The position numbers and the translations under genes were made by a program. The notes under the pieces are model-generated. The model saw nothing but the letters and a program-made list of their open reading frames with translations. It was not told where the DNA came from and searched no databases. 62,337 bases of DNA, taken from Nemertoderma westbladi (Eukaryota > Animalia > Xenacoelomorpha). Within the stretch, counting starts at the first letter, position 1; each line of letters starts with the position of its first letter. Location of the stretch: NCBI GenBank assembly GCA_032718475.1, contig JAUCBJ010005100.1, positions 1 to 62,337 of the forward strand, written 5' to 3'. Shown in pieces: positions 1 to 12,155 of the stretch.

Positions 1-1284
1 TCCAGTCTGCATTTCGTGCTCTTGAACACTCACTGCACTAAGAGAAAGCTTATCTACCAAGGTTGTCAGCTCACCTTGTCGTATTGGGGACCCGAGTGTT
101 AGGGTGTTTACTGAGACTAGTCTAGTGACTTGCCTATCAGATTCACAAATGGCTTTGTTGGTCGGGGAGTAGCCTCCAACTCCAGAATCCCTCTCCCCCT
201 CACAATCTGGCCTCCCTGGTGACCCAGGGTTTGGGCCAGAAAGGTCATCAGGAAAGGGACTCAAAGAATTGTTTGCCGCTCTCTCTCCAGTAGGGGGTGA
301 GACAGGCAGCCATTAGTGAGACATAAGTGATTTTTTACTCTTGTTTCCAATCCTCTCCATCCAAGATGGGAGTAGTGGTCGATCAGGAAGAGCACACTTG
401 CTGATTTCATCGAATATTTTGCATTTAGATCCCACAATGAAATCTAGACTATAAAAGTTATAGACAATGTAAGTGCCTGTTTATCAAGTGTAGATATATG
501 GTACTGAAGGAAACACAATAATTAATCTCGAACCATGATGTTGGTTTCCGAGAGTACATCAATCAGAGGATCAGATATACCCTGGGTACCACCAACATCC
601 TGGCTATCGACAATATCCATAATGTCCGCACCAATTACATACCCGGTACCGCCAACCAGAACGTCGGTAACGGTACCCATACAGGAAGCATTTAGGTGTC
701 CTCCATAGTCAGGTGGAGCCCACGAGGTAGCAGTACTAGTACCCTCCAGCCAGTCACGCTCCGTAATACACATATTTTCTCATCTAGGAGTGAGCAATTC
801 TCCCCTTTTTAGGGAACAACTTTGACACAGTAACTGGTTCTCACAAAGTTTAAATTTTATACGTTTTAGCACTACCACCAGATGCAGATTGTAGTTATCA
901 CTATAATCTACTAGACAGCAGTCAGCACAACAGATAGCTGACATGGCTGGACAGTATTGCTGGTATCCATAATTCAATCTAGTGGTGAAATTCATGGGCT
1001 TCCAATTAGGAAGCCCCGGTTCGATTACTAGATGGCGCAGCTCTGTTTGGGTGCGTGCTTTAAATACTGCAGCATAGCCCAACCCTAGCTTTCATCCTTC
1101 AGTGGTCGATAAATGGGCAACCAAGTCAAATTTGGAATCAAAATGGAAGGGTTTACTGTGGAAACCACACATGGTGGTCCTTAAGCAGGCCAACAGGCCT
1201 TCCTTGGCTTAACAAGCCTAAAAGATTCTCGCATTAATGGTAGCTGAATTGTGCGACTTATTACTTCTTAGTTTTATTTTTGTT

Positions 1285-2205
1285 AAGCGACTTTTTGGTC
1301 AACCAATAAGTCAACTTTTTGGTCGACCAAAAAGTATTTTTTGGGTTACCAATAAGTAGTTTTTGGTCGACCAAAAAGTATTTTTTGTTCGACCAATAAA
1401 TAGTTTTGGTCAACCAAAAGTAGTTTTTGGTCGACCAAAAAGTTGTTTTTATGTCGCCCGTGTATATGATATTTGTTCGACCAATAAATAGTTTTTGGTC
1501 TTCAAAAAGTCGACTTATTGGTCGACCAAAAAGTCGACTTATTGGTCATCAAAAAGTCGACTTATTTGTCGAAAAAAAGTCGACTTATTGGTCGTCAAAA
1601 AGTCGACTTATTGGTGGACGAAAAAGTTAAAATATTGGTCGTCTAAACGCCGACTTATTGGTCGAACAAAAAGTCGACTTATTGGTCGACCAAAAAGTCG
1701 ACATATTGGTCGTCAAAAAGTCAACTTCTTGGTCGTCAAAAAGTTGACTTATTGGTCGAACAAAAACTCGACTTATTGGTTGTCAAAAAGTCAACTTATT
1801 GGACGAACAAAAAGTCGACTTATTGGTCATCAAAAAGTCGACTTATTTGTCGAACAAAAAGACGACTTATTGGTCGTCAAAAATTCGACTAATTGGTCGA
1901 CCAAAAAGTTGAAATATTGGTCGTCTAAATGCCGACTTTTTGGTCGAACAAAAAGTTGACTTATTGGTCGTCAAAAAGTCAACGTATTGGTCGAACAAAA
2001 TGTCGAATTATTGGTCGTCAAAAAGTCGACTTATTGGTCGACCAAAAAGTCGACTTATTGGTCGTCAAAATGTCGACTTATTGGTCGTCAAAAAGTCGAC
2101 TTATTGGTCATCAAAAAGTCGACATATTGGTCAAACAAAAAATACATATTGGTCGACCAAAAACTACTTATTGGTCGAACAAAAAATACTTTTTGATTGA
2201 CCAAA
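1285..2205. repeat. Foldback-like minisatellite element: ~21-bp unit (AAAAAGTCGACTTATTGGTCG-like) tandem array with an inverted left arm
   Basis: About 1500-2150 is a tandem array of ~21-bp SalI-containing units. About 1290-1500 holds related units in the opposite orientation, and 2148-2204 is close to the reverse complement of ~1364-1420. The overlapping ORFs here are repeat artefacts. Confidence 0.85.
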
Positions 2206-2459
2206 TTATTAAGACCATCCCCTTAATTCGGACTCCAGAAAGTGAGGCGGCCAAGGCAGAAAGAAGCCTTCCCCAAAACTGGGCGATGACTTGGAGATCC
2301 CTGGGAACAGATACAACATGGAAGTGTAACTGGTGTCAATTGCCTGGCAATCAACCAGGCATCAAGAGAGGGAACTGCAATGGTGGTAGAACGGTTAACT
2401 CAAAGAACCCAACTGTCAGAAGAAGTCTACTCTGAGTAAATCGATACAGGAGTCCAGAG

Positions 2460-3530
2460 AAAGGGAGGCAGTGTGGGCTGGAGAGATCCAGACCAGAATC
2501 CTTAATGTGATGATAACTGACCAAGCACGAACAGTGAAGCGGCAGTTAGATTAGAAATCTGCGGGCTGGCTGAGTGTGTATCCATCTCTGCTTCACCAGA
2601 CAGATATTTTTGAACAAACATTCCGTGATGGATTGTGTCTCCGTTATGGGTATACCCCTTCCGCAGCTGCCATCACGCTGTGACGGATGTGGTGCCAACT
2701 TCACGTTGATCATGCCCTTAACTGTAAAAAGGGCGGCCTAGTATGTCGCCGGCATGATGAGATGAGGGATGTTGTTGGGGAGCTTTGTGCGATGATGGCT
2801 TGGGGAGGGAGCTCAGTAAAGAAGGAGGCTGTTCTTCGGGAGGGTCGATTTCTGGGTGATGCAGGGGTGAGGACGGATTTGGTCGTTCTGGGTGTGTGGG
2901 CACCGCAGAGGGATGCGTCGTTTGATGTGTGCGTTGTTATGCTGATGCTCCCTCATACCGTACCCACACAACTGAAAGTACAGCTGGAAGTCCTCACAGA
3001 GAAAGAGCAGCTGAAGAAGCAGCACCATTCCCAAATTAATGAGCAGCTACGGTTAACGTTTACCCCCCTTGCTGTTACTGCTGACGGTGTCTGGAGCCAT
3101 GAAGGGAACCACTTTATTCATCATCTGGCGTCACACATAGCTTCCAATGAAGGGTGGAGCGATAAACTCCAGGGAATCGTTCTTGGGTGGATCGAGGCTC
3201 AGTTGTCAATAGCGCTATTGCGGGCACTAGCTCTGTGCCTCAGGGGTGGGAGACGGTCGTGGCGGTTGTTTGGATTGGAAGAGGCAGCCGGAGTTTGGGA
3301 GGCGGATTAGATTAGTTTAGGAACAATGTGATGTTAGGAGGAGCTTTACTTAAATATGTTTGTGGACTAAATAAATAGCATGGCGTACTTGTTGGTGGGA
3401 TATTATTATTATTTGTGCGAAATTAATTAGTTATTAATAAACTGTTTTATTTCCTTGAATTAGATAATACATTGTTTAGTGTATTTGTTATTGTTTTCAT
3501 ATAATGTAAATAAATCTATCTATCTATCTA
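2460..3530 (+). mobile_element. 5'-truncated CRE-like (RLE-type) non-LTR retrotransposon 3' end: zinc motif, restriction-like endonuclease, (TCTA)n tail
   Basis: Frameshifted translation reads GWLSV..FRDGLCLRYG..CDGC..HALNCKKGGLVCRRHD..RTDLVVLGVW..FDVCV..KKQHH..FTPLAVTADG, the C-terminal CCHC and PD-D/ExK-type motifs of CRE-clade LINEs. It is followed by an AT-rich UTR, AATAAA and TCTA repeats at 3516-3530. Confidence 0.85.
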
Positions 3531-3848
3531 CCATAGAATAACAAAGGATATTTCTGACAATAATACATACATTTGGGAGGAGTACCACGGATGAAATCTT
3601 GTCTCCGAGATATCCATCAGCACTTGAAAAGGTTTTTGGCTCCGGATACTCGCCAGCGGATAAAATAGTGTAGTAGCTTGTCCAATCTCCATCATAGAGA
3701 AGCCAAGACCCACTGTGAACGCTATAAATATTATTTTCTATAAAAATTATTAGTTTATTATAAATCGCATTAACGTTTTTTTCTCAATAGTGAAGAAAAT
3801 AACAATTAAATTTGGGCTTCTGGCAGATAATTTGTTGTTATTCCTATT

Positions 3849-4240
3849 CCTATTAACCCCCCCCCCCCCCCCCCCCCCCAACAGACGCAGCTGTGAATCT
3901 GAATTTTTTTTAGAAATTTCATAAAAATATATTGCTTTCCAAATTTTGAAAATGCTTTTTAAACATATTGGGATCTTTTCGAATTATAGCACCATTTTTA
4001 AAACCTACTTTTGGCAACTTTTGAGACGTTTTGGATTTTTGATGTTCGCAATTCGATGAAGTACATATAAATATGCTAGAAATTAAAAGTTTTTTCGGCG
4101 GATTCCAAATTATAGTGCCAGCACCAGATTTTGAAATATGTCAATTTTGTAAATTTCTTGTTTTAACATGTTTTTTGCGGAATATGTGATTTTTGGGGTT
4201 CTGGTTTCGACAAAATATCAAATCTCCGGATGGCACTTAT
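3849..4240 (-). mobile_element. Diverged fragment of the right end of the piggyBac-like element at 4405-5810, in inverted orientation
   Basis: About 3880-4035 resembles the reverse complement of ~5590-5740 (e.g. tatagcaccatttt..aacctacttttggca..ttttgagacgtttt). CCTATTAA plus poly-C resembles the TIR. Confidence 0.65.
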
Positions 4241-4269
4241 ACAATAATTCAGAATCTACTTTCCCTTAG

Positions 4270-5985
4270 CTTGACACTTGAAAGGACAATGCATTAGCTG
4301 TGAGGACCAACCAGAGTATATTATTGTGCTTCGACGGCCTCATGGAGCGAATAAGCTCCAATGCTCCAGTGGACAACCAATTACTTTCTTGAGACACCTC
4401 TTAACCCTATTAGTACCGGGCTATAAAATGCTGTACAAATACCGGGGGGGGGGGGGGGGGGGGTCATATTGACCCTTCCCTCTAAAATCTATAAATATTA
4501 ACGAAAACGTCTGATTTTTTGTTTGTACGTAGATATCACTTGTCTGGATCCGACCGAAAAATATTTTTTCGTAAAAATGTACTGGGGTGTTAATATTGCA
4601 GCACCAAAATTACAAGTAGTGCCAATTTTCACAAAATTTGAAAGTTGCATTTTTCGGATAATTGTTTTTCAGTACAGGTTTTCTGGGGCGCAAAATACAT
4701 TGGAAAATAATTAAAAATGATATGATTACTATAAATGGCTGTTTAGTCCTCTATGCGTAGGAAAAAAAATGAAAAAAACAAGTAACCAGCACTTTTCAGT
4801 TAGAACACAAAATTTTTAATTCACTTATACGATGCTATAAATTCACATTTTCAGGTTTTCTAGGGCGCTGATTCTAATGGAATACATTTCAAATATGCCA
4901 GATCATGGCTACTTGTATTTTTCGGCGTAATTTGGCATATTTTGGTGCCAGCACCAAATTTCTTACCCATCACCAAAAAGTACAAGTTTGCGATGTCCAG
5001 TGCTGTTTTTGTTGATTCCATCGGATTCAAGACCCTCATAAACCCGTATAACGCAAGAAACAAAATGACACAATCAATTGATATATGATGGTTTTTAAAA
5101 TTTGGTGCTAGCACCACATTTTGCACCCACTTCCGAAAAATACAAGTTTGAGATGTCTAGTTCGATAATTATATATTCCATTGAATTCAGAACAGCCATA
5201 AACCTCTAAAATGCAAGAAATAAATTGTCACAAGCAATTTTATCTATTGAATGTCAATTTCAAAATTTCGTGCTAGCACCAAAATTTGCACACAGCACCG
5301 AAAAATACAAGTTTGATACGCTTGGTGCAACTCGTATATATTTCATCGAAACCAGAACCCCAAAAAACCCAAATTGCGTAAAAAAACAAGTTTCAAACAA
5401 TCAATTTATAAAATTGACTTATTTCAAAATTTGGTGCTGGCACCAAAACTTAGCACCAGCCGAAAAAAACAAGTTTGAAATTTCTAAATCAATTTATATG
5501 AATTCCATCCAATTGCTAACACCAAAAAACCGGTGTAAATAAAAAAAGAGATGTTACAATTAATATTTAATGAAATGTAATTTTCAAAAAACGTCTCAAA
5601 AAAAGTGCCAAAAGTAGGGTTACAAAATGGTGCTATAACTCGAAAACTACCCAATATTTTTGAAAACGGTTTTCACTACTAGGAAGACAATAGATTTTTA
5701 GAAAAAGTCAAAAAATTTCAGATTCCCAACTGCGTTTGTTTCAGAATTATAATAAAAAAACCACGGGGGAGGTCATATTGACCCCCCCCCCCCCCCCGGG
5801 TTTAATAGGGTTAAAGGACACTGGCCTTGAATGCAGATGACCTGGCAATTGTCATGGGTGATAGGGAGTTGTGGAGGCGCAATTTTCATCAGCCATAGTA
5901 TTCTTAATATATAATATATATGTAATATATATAGTGCAGCTCCAATGCAGCATGCCGATAGTAATGGTAGTGGTAATAATAGTAG
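4270..5985 (+). mobile_element. Old RTE-type LINE 3' fragment, split by a piggyBac-like insertion, with a degenerate (TAG)n-like tail
   Basis: 4270-4404 and 5811-5985 join across the TTAA to read ..PHGANK..GQPITFLRHLLKDTGL.ADDLA.VMGDRELWR, matching the younger copy at 35191-35897. It ends in tgcagcatgccga followed by TAG/TAA repeats. Confidence 0.8.
4405..5810. mobile_element. Non-autonomous piggyBac-like DNA transposon (1406 bp)
   Basis: TTAA TSD at 4401-4404 and 5811-5814. The ends CCCTATTA..CCGGG and CCCGGG..TAATAGGG form TIRs. A subterminal GGTCATATTGACC palindrome sits at both ends, GGTGC(C/T)AGCACC-like motifs repeat internally, and there is no transposase ORF. The flanks rejoin into an RTE reading frame. 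Confidence 0.9.
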
Positions 5986-5987
5986 TT

Positions 5988-6125
5988 TCCAGAGATTTGC
6001 TGTCTTCAGCAGTTAGAGCCCAGCATGGGATCCGATAGAGGAGTATTTCTGCTTCTCTAAATAATCGGACCTGAAGTTTCCAACGTATTCTGTGTGACTT
6101 CCATATTCTGGAAAGACCATTCATA
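5988..6125 (-). mobile_element. Inverted RTE-type LINE RT fragment
   Basis: Minus translation LSRIWKSHRIRWKLQVRLFR..LLYRIPCWALTAEDSKSL is homologous to 35585-35720. Confidence 0.8.
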
Positions 6126-6349
6126 CCATGCACAATGTCTGTTTCACCAAGCAAGATGGAATGGTGGTTATTGTCTTGCATCCATTGTATCATATTGTAT
6201 CACACTGATGAATTAAATACATATGCTGCTGGAAAGACCATTCATACCATGACAATGTCTGTTTCACCAAGCAAGATGGAATGGTGGTTATTGTCTTGCA
6301 TCCATTGTATCATATTGTATCACACTGATGAATTAAATACATATGCTGC
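6108..6349. repeat. Tandem duplication, 2 x 120 bp
   Basis: ctggaaagaccattcataccatg...aatacatatgctg occurs at 6108 and at 6228, nearly identical. Confidence 0.9.
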
Positions 6350-6508
6350 ATCATTATCACACTGTGTTGTATATTACCTACACAGCATCATTCATAAATA
6401 ATTCAGCACAACCCCTAACTGATAACATACAATTTTTCCAATTCATCAACAGTCTATATTTATATTGGCCTGTCTTTTATAACTAACTGAATAGTATGAA
6501 ATACTTAC

Positions 6509-6626
6509 ATTATCGATGAAATCACATTATTGAATTCCAATACAGTTAAGCGATTTTGATCATGTGTGCCATACAATATCAAACTTCGTCCAGTAAAGTA
6601 CTCATGCTCGAATAATTCAATTTTTC
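6509..6626 (-). pseudogene. Exon encoding a beta/gamma-crystallin-like Greek-key motif, part of a spliced and probably degraded host gene
   Basis: Bounded by ctaacAG and GTAAGT. It translates as KIELFEHEYFTGRSLILYGTHDQNRLTVLEFNNVISSI, matching the crystallin pattern 'I.L[FY]E...F.G.....FN..ISS'. Neighbouring candidate exons (~6835-7000, ~6250-6420) contain stops or frameshifts. Confidence 0.6.
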
Positions 6627-7706
6627 CTGTTAGAAATTTATGACAGTTTTATATAAATTTGAATGATGGTAGATCATAAGTGGGACATATCAGGGACAAT
6701 TCAATTTTTTGGGGGAATCCCATTCCCTGCCCCAAAAGTATCACATAAAATAATAACATTTTAATCAATACTGAACTTTACCAAAACTAATATATCCTGA
6801 GTAACTAAAATATATAACTAAATCTGCTACTACTTGGTCGAGATGAGATTATTCCAAACAATTTAATTTCTCCAAATTCCAGCATTCCTTTCAGGTTGGT
6901 TTTATATAAGTGAGAGACTGTGCGTGATCCACATGAATGCAGGAATCACACTGGTCGACAGAAAAGAACATCTAGCATGACCTCGTCATTAATTATCCTG
7001 CAGTGCTGAATATACAAAATAAACGGAATACAGTGATAACAGTCCGCTTTTAGATAGTCTGCGACTTGCTCGGCAGTGACTGATAATTCTCGGCAACCAA
7101 AATATGAACATGGGCCTTGTTGGCCTGAATGTTAGCGTGTCGTTGAGCTACTCGTAATCACGTTCACTGATGGTTTCCACGCATATTGGTACTACCAACG
7201 TGGTTGGTTGGGTTATTGCTGGTGGGACCGGGGGGCCCCCTATTTCGGGCGTTCCGGTAGGTTGGATGAGTGACCAGTGAGGTTGTATCCCTTCCGGAAC
7301 CAATTTCGGCATTGTGGTATGGTGTTTGGTTGTCCGTTGTTGGCGGAGAAGATGAAGAGTGGTTGATTGAGCGTTGGTGGTACGTGTCTATTTTCTCCTT
7401 TGTTATGAGTTCTATAACTTATCTTTCGCAGCTATTGAATCCAGTTGGGGCTTCGTTAATTTTTCCTAGAGAAACTGTGAAGAGGGAGCTCACCTGCATT
7501 AGAGTTTCTGTGATCAACCTTTCATGCTCTTTTTCCATTAAATATATTTTACAGTGTCTATGATGATGCTTTGAGGTTGAATATACATATATGTATTATC
7601 ATATATATCATTATATGTATACAATATGTATTCCTCTGCCATACTACCAGTAGTGATTATTATCAGTTCAATAATTATTAAAGTTATATATATATATATA
7701 TATATA

Positions 7707-7860
7707 CCTTGGATATAGTTGTCTTCTTCACAGATCATTTTCACAGATTCGATCCTATCATGTGCCACTGGAAGGAGAGGGTCCCAACTCTGAACTCCTG
7801 GGTATAATATCTTACTATAAAGAGCGGTTCCATAGTTGACATCTCTGAAAGGCAATGGAA
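7707..7860 (-). pseudogene. Candidate exon of the same host gene (crystallin-like motif)
   Basis: A GC-richer island in AT-rich DNA ending at an AG|GTATAT donor. It reads GTALYSKILYPG..AHDRIESVKMIC, resembling 'LY...Y.G....D.I.S[VI]K'. Confidence 0.4.
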
Positions 7861-7999
7861 TATTTTTTTGTTACATGCTTGTCTATTGATCAGATTTTTC
7901 GATCAATATCAACACTTCGGATGGATCATGGATGTTGAAAACATAAAAACAATATGTATATTTAGTTAGCTTTAATTCTTCACTTAACTATTGAAGTTG

Positions 8000-8830
8000 T
8001 TTTACAAAACATATTCAGAACATATTCGACTGTGCCGGAAATGTCAATTACATAAGAGATTCCCAACTTCCCACATCTTACAGCCATTATCATTCCAAAA
8101 ACGACTATCAGTAGATGTCGTGAAGGACTTCACATTGACTTCAAATGGGAATTCTAAGATACTAACAACTATCGACAACCTGAGTAAATTTGCTTGGTTA
8201 ATTCCTATTTGTGATGAACAAGCATCAAATGTCGCGAAATAATCCGATCAAGGATCAAACTTCCTTTCTGATCTTATAAAAGAAATTAAAGATATCTTTG
8301 GTTTCACTTACATTGCTCCATCTGCGTATCATCATCAAGGTAATGGAGCCGTATGCACATCCAAATGTTAGCTCTTACCTTTGAAAATCATTCAGATTGG
8401 GAAACACTACTTCCAGCTGTGACTTTAAATTATAACACTGCAATTATAACACAGTAGTACACACAAAAACCCCATTCTTTCTGATGTTTGGTCGTCAAGC
8501 TATCGATACCAATAAATTCGAACATCCCTTTAGTTTACTAGCTGATATTACTAATTATCCTCAACAACTTCGAGCTCGTTTAACCCGAGCACATAAAATC
8601 GCAAATAAATTTATTGACCAGTCTCAACATTGTCAACTTATGACAGACACATGGGAACAATGTGTAAAGAAAAATCCACCCCTGTTCACACTAGATCAGC
8701 AAGTACTTTTATCGCACTATCAAACATGAAAGTAATAAAACTATAAAGTCGCTGGATGGGCCCATTCATTATTCAACAGGTCTTAAACCCCCATGCTTTC
8801 CTTATACACCCAAAGCGTAAACAACCTACA
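8000..8830 (+). pseudogene. Degenerate Ty3/Gypsy (or Ginger)-type integrase
   Basis: Broken frames read CRKCQ..RLSVDVV..NGNSKILTTIDNLSKFAWLIPI..SDQGSNFLS..SAYHHQGNG..W..LLP..YNT..PFFLMFGR..RWMGPF, i.e. the zinc finger end, the DDE core and the GPF motif. Confidence 0.85.
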
Positions 8831-8989
8831 AGTCGAATGACTGTGTAAAATGTAAATAAAAAAAACATGTGTAAAAAAAACATTGCATATATATTACATA
8901 TATTAGTATTCATCATGGTATCTTATGTAAATACATACTCATCGTTGTATCTTATTATAGTGAATCTAAATTCTAGAATTTAGATAAGA

Positions 8990-10020
8990 GGGAGCGAACA
9001 AAAAAAATGTGCTGATATCATTGGACTATTTCGTTCTGTTAAAGCGAAGAAGTGTGTAAACAACAAGGGTGAGGAACAAATCAACGATATGCTCATGAAG
9101 ATGTCATCCTTGTACACAAATGTGTTTGACAAACTGGTGGCAGCCAGGAAAGAAACGATAGAATCTAAAATCGAATTGATCAAACATAAGATAGAAATGC
9201 AAACCAGACCTCTGTATTCGATAGTTGTACAGGCCCATGTTCCTGTCACCAATCCAATGAATGACACTCAAAAACGAGCTGATGCCCAGAACACAGTCCC
9301 AAGTCCATCGTCAATGACTCGACGAAGATCATATATCCATATAGGACGTGTCAGCCTTGATGATTTGGAAGAATCAGTATCAGAATACATATAAACTCTG
9401 GAAATCCCGACTGTGAAACACGTGCTCTCTCCAAGAATATCCTGAAAATATGGGCAGATCATTTCATGTGGTATGAGATCAGGATCACCAGTCCGAAATA
9501 ATGAATCTGGACGACTGGGAAAGAAGAATTACAATAAAAAAACTATAGATTGTCCAATGCTGATCGAACAAAGTTTTTTCTGCAAACAAGACAACAATTC
9601 CAGTCCCAGGCTCCGTCTGGTGTACAAGATTGTGAAGACAATCACAATCAAATAAACCCGGAGAATTGACTAAACTTTACACTTTCTCTATGGAATATTG
9701 AGGGGCTATCAAACCGACAGTCGAAATTAAACTCACACAAACTATTTATGTGCATGTGGTTCTTCTAACTGAAACGTTTCATACAAGTTCAACTTTAGAG
9801 AACTCGTCTTACTACTCTTTTGTACAACCTGCCGACAAACCAAGTTGAGGGCGACATTCCGGTGGACTTGTAATTCATTGTAAACCATGCTTAGACCCGC
9901 ATCTAATTTCATCCTGCCCAGAATACATTGTTGTTGAATCAGATGTAGTCACATTTATAGTATTTATAGGACTACCTCAAATCTCAAACTCCACCATTTC
10001 CATTATTAATAGTCCTATTC
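8990..10020 (+). pseudogene. Degenerate LINE: ORF1 C-terminus plus AP-endonuclease start
   Basis: ORF1-like sequence (YIHIGRVS..V.EYI) is followed by endonuclease-like motifs (WNIEG, LLTETF, GRHSGGL, IYRTP-like), all broken by stops and frameshifts. Confidence 0.55.
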
Positions 10021-10266
10021 GAAAACATCAAAAAGTGAACTTAAAGATAGATATAATTGGGTATAGTAGTCCTCACATGGAACAGAACAAGACGAGGAAA
10101 ACTAGCAAACTAGATCCCAACCTATTTGTGAACTTGGTTGACTCAGACCTATATACATACATATCTGAATGGTATTGATTGTAGTAAAAAGAAAGCTTCT
10201 CTTCTCACCATGCTGGAGAATAGGAACAAATCCATGGCGGATAACCAACTGTACTGGACGGAACGA

Positions 10267-10452
10267 ATATTCATCACGGTATCTTACATAAATACATATT
10301 CATCACGGTATCTTACATAAATACATATTCATCACGGTATCTTACATAAATACATGTTCATCATGGTATCTTACATAAATACATGTTCATCATGGTATCT
10401 TACATAAATATGTATTCATTGCAGTATCTTACGTAAATACATATTCATCGTA
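10267..10452. repeat. Minisatellite, ~29-bp unit ATATTCATCACGGTATCTTACATAAATAC, about 6 copies
   Basis: Direct tandem copies. A related ~2-copy array lies at ~8905-8957. Confidence 0.9.
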
Positions 10453-10999
10453 ATATGTTCGTATGAGGAATACTGTATGCTTTCTATTGATATAAGCCAC
10501 GAGTGAAATGATTGAGATTTAATGTGTATTTGAATCGAAAAATTATCAGATCACTGGGTAATGACATCAAATATGTAGCAGCCAATCACAGCCGATTTTC
10601 AAAATTGGTTTCCCACGCCTCCTTAAACCCGCCATTTCGACCGTTTCCTCGTGGTTTTACAAAAAACACACCCCGCCACTCGATTCAGGGCATCTTCTTA
10701 CTTACTCCATATTCATTAGTATCTAGCCCAAAAAAATTTCGCACACCAACCCTATACATAAAGGACGAATTCTAGCGATTACAGCATCAATAAAAAATGT
10801 TTTCTAGAACATACTAACACTTTCTAAGTAGTTACCCGTTGAAATACATTAGATAGATAATCGTAGTTTTTGATACCTGGATTAAAATATGGCTTTTTAT
10901 AAAATGCTATATCTCAAAAACGGCACAACAGATTTTGAAAAAAAAATTTAGCAGCGGTTTTCTGTCATCCATATCTATCGTTTTATAAAATAAAAATAT

Positions 11000-11419
11000 T
11001 GCCTCCAGGGGTCGTATGATACATTTGTCCTTCCGCGTATATTTAGTATTCCCATCATCCCTAGCCAATACATTTTTGACATTAGTGTCTATGCCAACCC
11101 AGCAGTATAATGGGAATCTGGAATTGCTGGGATAATCATAATAAAATGCGCTTTGAGTATGCCGAGTGTAGAAAAGCACTATATAAATAATCAATATTAT
11201 CATTATTATTATTAATATTCATCATATGCAATATTATTGATATGCAATTGTTTCATAAATTATAAATTACATACTGAAATAGTTGAAAAGGGAAAGCACC
11301 AGTTATGACTGCTCCACTGTAACGGTTCTTTAGAACTCCAATGTCAGGTGAATCACATCTTGAATTGAAATCCACATCCTCTTCACCAACAGGGGAATTG
11401 CATGTCATATAAACATCCC
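11000..11419 (-). other. Two candidate exons of the unidentified host gene
   Basis: The acceptor ttacattgcAG opens GDVYMTCNSPVGEEDVDFNSRCDSPDIGVLKNRYSGAVIT. After a short AT-rich intron-like gap, a second acceptor opens VLFYTRHTQSAFYYDYPSNSRFPLYCWVG. The donor positions are ambiguous. Confidence 0.4.
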
Positions 11420-12155
11420 CTGCAATGTAAATAATGTGTACTACCACAAGAAAGCATAAACCTTTGTTAATATATTTTGTAATAATAATAATAATACAAT
11501 TTGATGGATTATTTAAATCCTGATTTTGTACAGGGGGATCAGTATTGTTACGCTAGGTCTGTTAACCCACTAGCTCGTATATAAACCATATAAATCATAC
11601 CGCGGCAAGTTGCGGTATTTAGGACTGTCAGCGATAGTTAGGATTCGCTGCGCGGGGATTGTTTTCCCGTGAGTTTGGTTTGTTACTGTAACTGTATATC
11701 TGCTTCACCGGTTAGAGGACAGGTTTCCTTTTGTCTAGTTCATAGGCATTAGACCCGCTCACGTACATAGAATAGACACTAGGCTCTGCTCCTCGCCAGT
11801 AGTCGTTTGTGTATTGTATCTGTTTGTTTAGATACCCTGGACTGGGATTTGTTGTCAGGTACTGAATATTACTGCTAATACTAAAACTGTTAATATTATT
11901 GCTAGAATATTACATATTTTATTATATACTTTGTTAGTTTTATTTGTACCGGTTAGGGTATATATATGATATATATATATATATCAAGGTAAGTTTGACA
12001 TTTGGACATTTTGACATTTCGACATTCTGACTTTGTTGATTTATTTGTACCGGTTAGGGTATATATATGCTATATATATACCAAGATAAGTTTGACATTT
12101 CGACATTCCGATACTTTGACATTTTATTACCCGTACTTGACGTATATAATAAGAC

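Noticed and set aside
1-1260. Short minus-strand ORFs (522-773, 780-1082) and similar sequence at 2210-2460, as a possible LINE ORF1 relic
   Set aside because: No motif could be recognised with confidence.
1427-2435. Overlapping ORFs with KKSTYWS/SRLIGR repeats
   Set aside because: They are translations of the 21-bp minisatellite.
3528-3715. Possible further exon of the minus-strand host gene
   Set aside because: Splice-like ends are present, but no recognisable motif or verifiable phase links it to the other exons.
7015-7560. GC-richer island, possibly a retroelement gag fragment
   Set aside because: No diagnostic motif.
11546-12150. Candidate 5' LTR and PBS of element B
   Set aside because: It begins TGTTACGCT like 30301, but no extended second copy or PBS was found.
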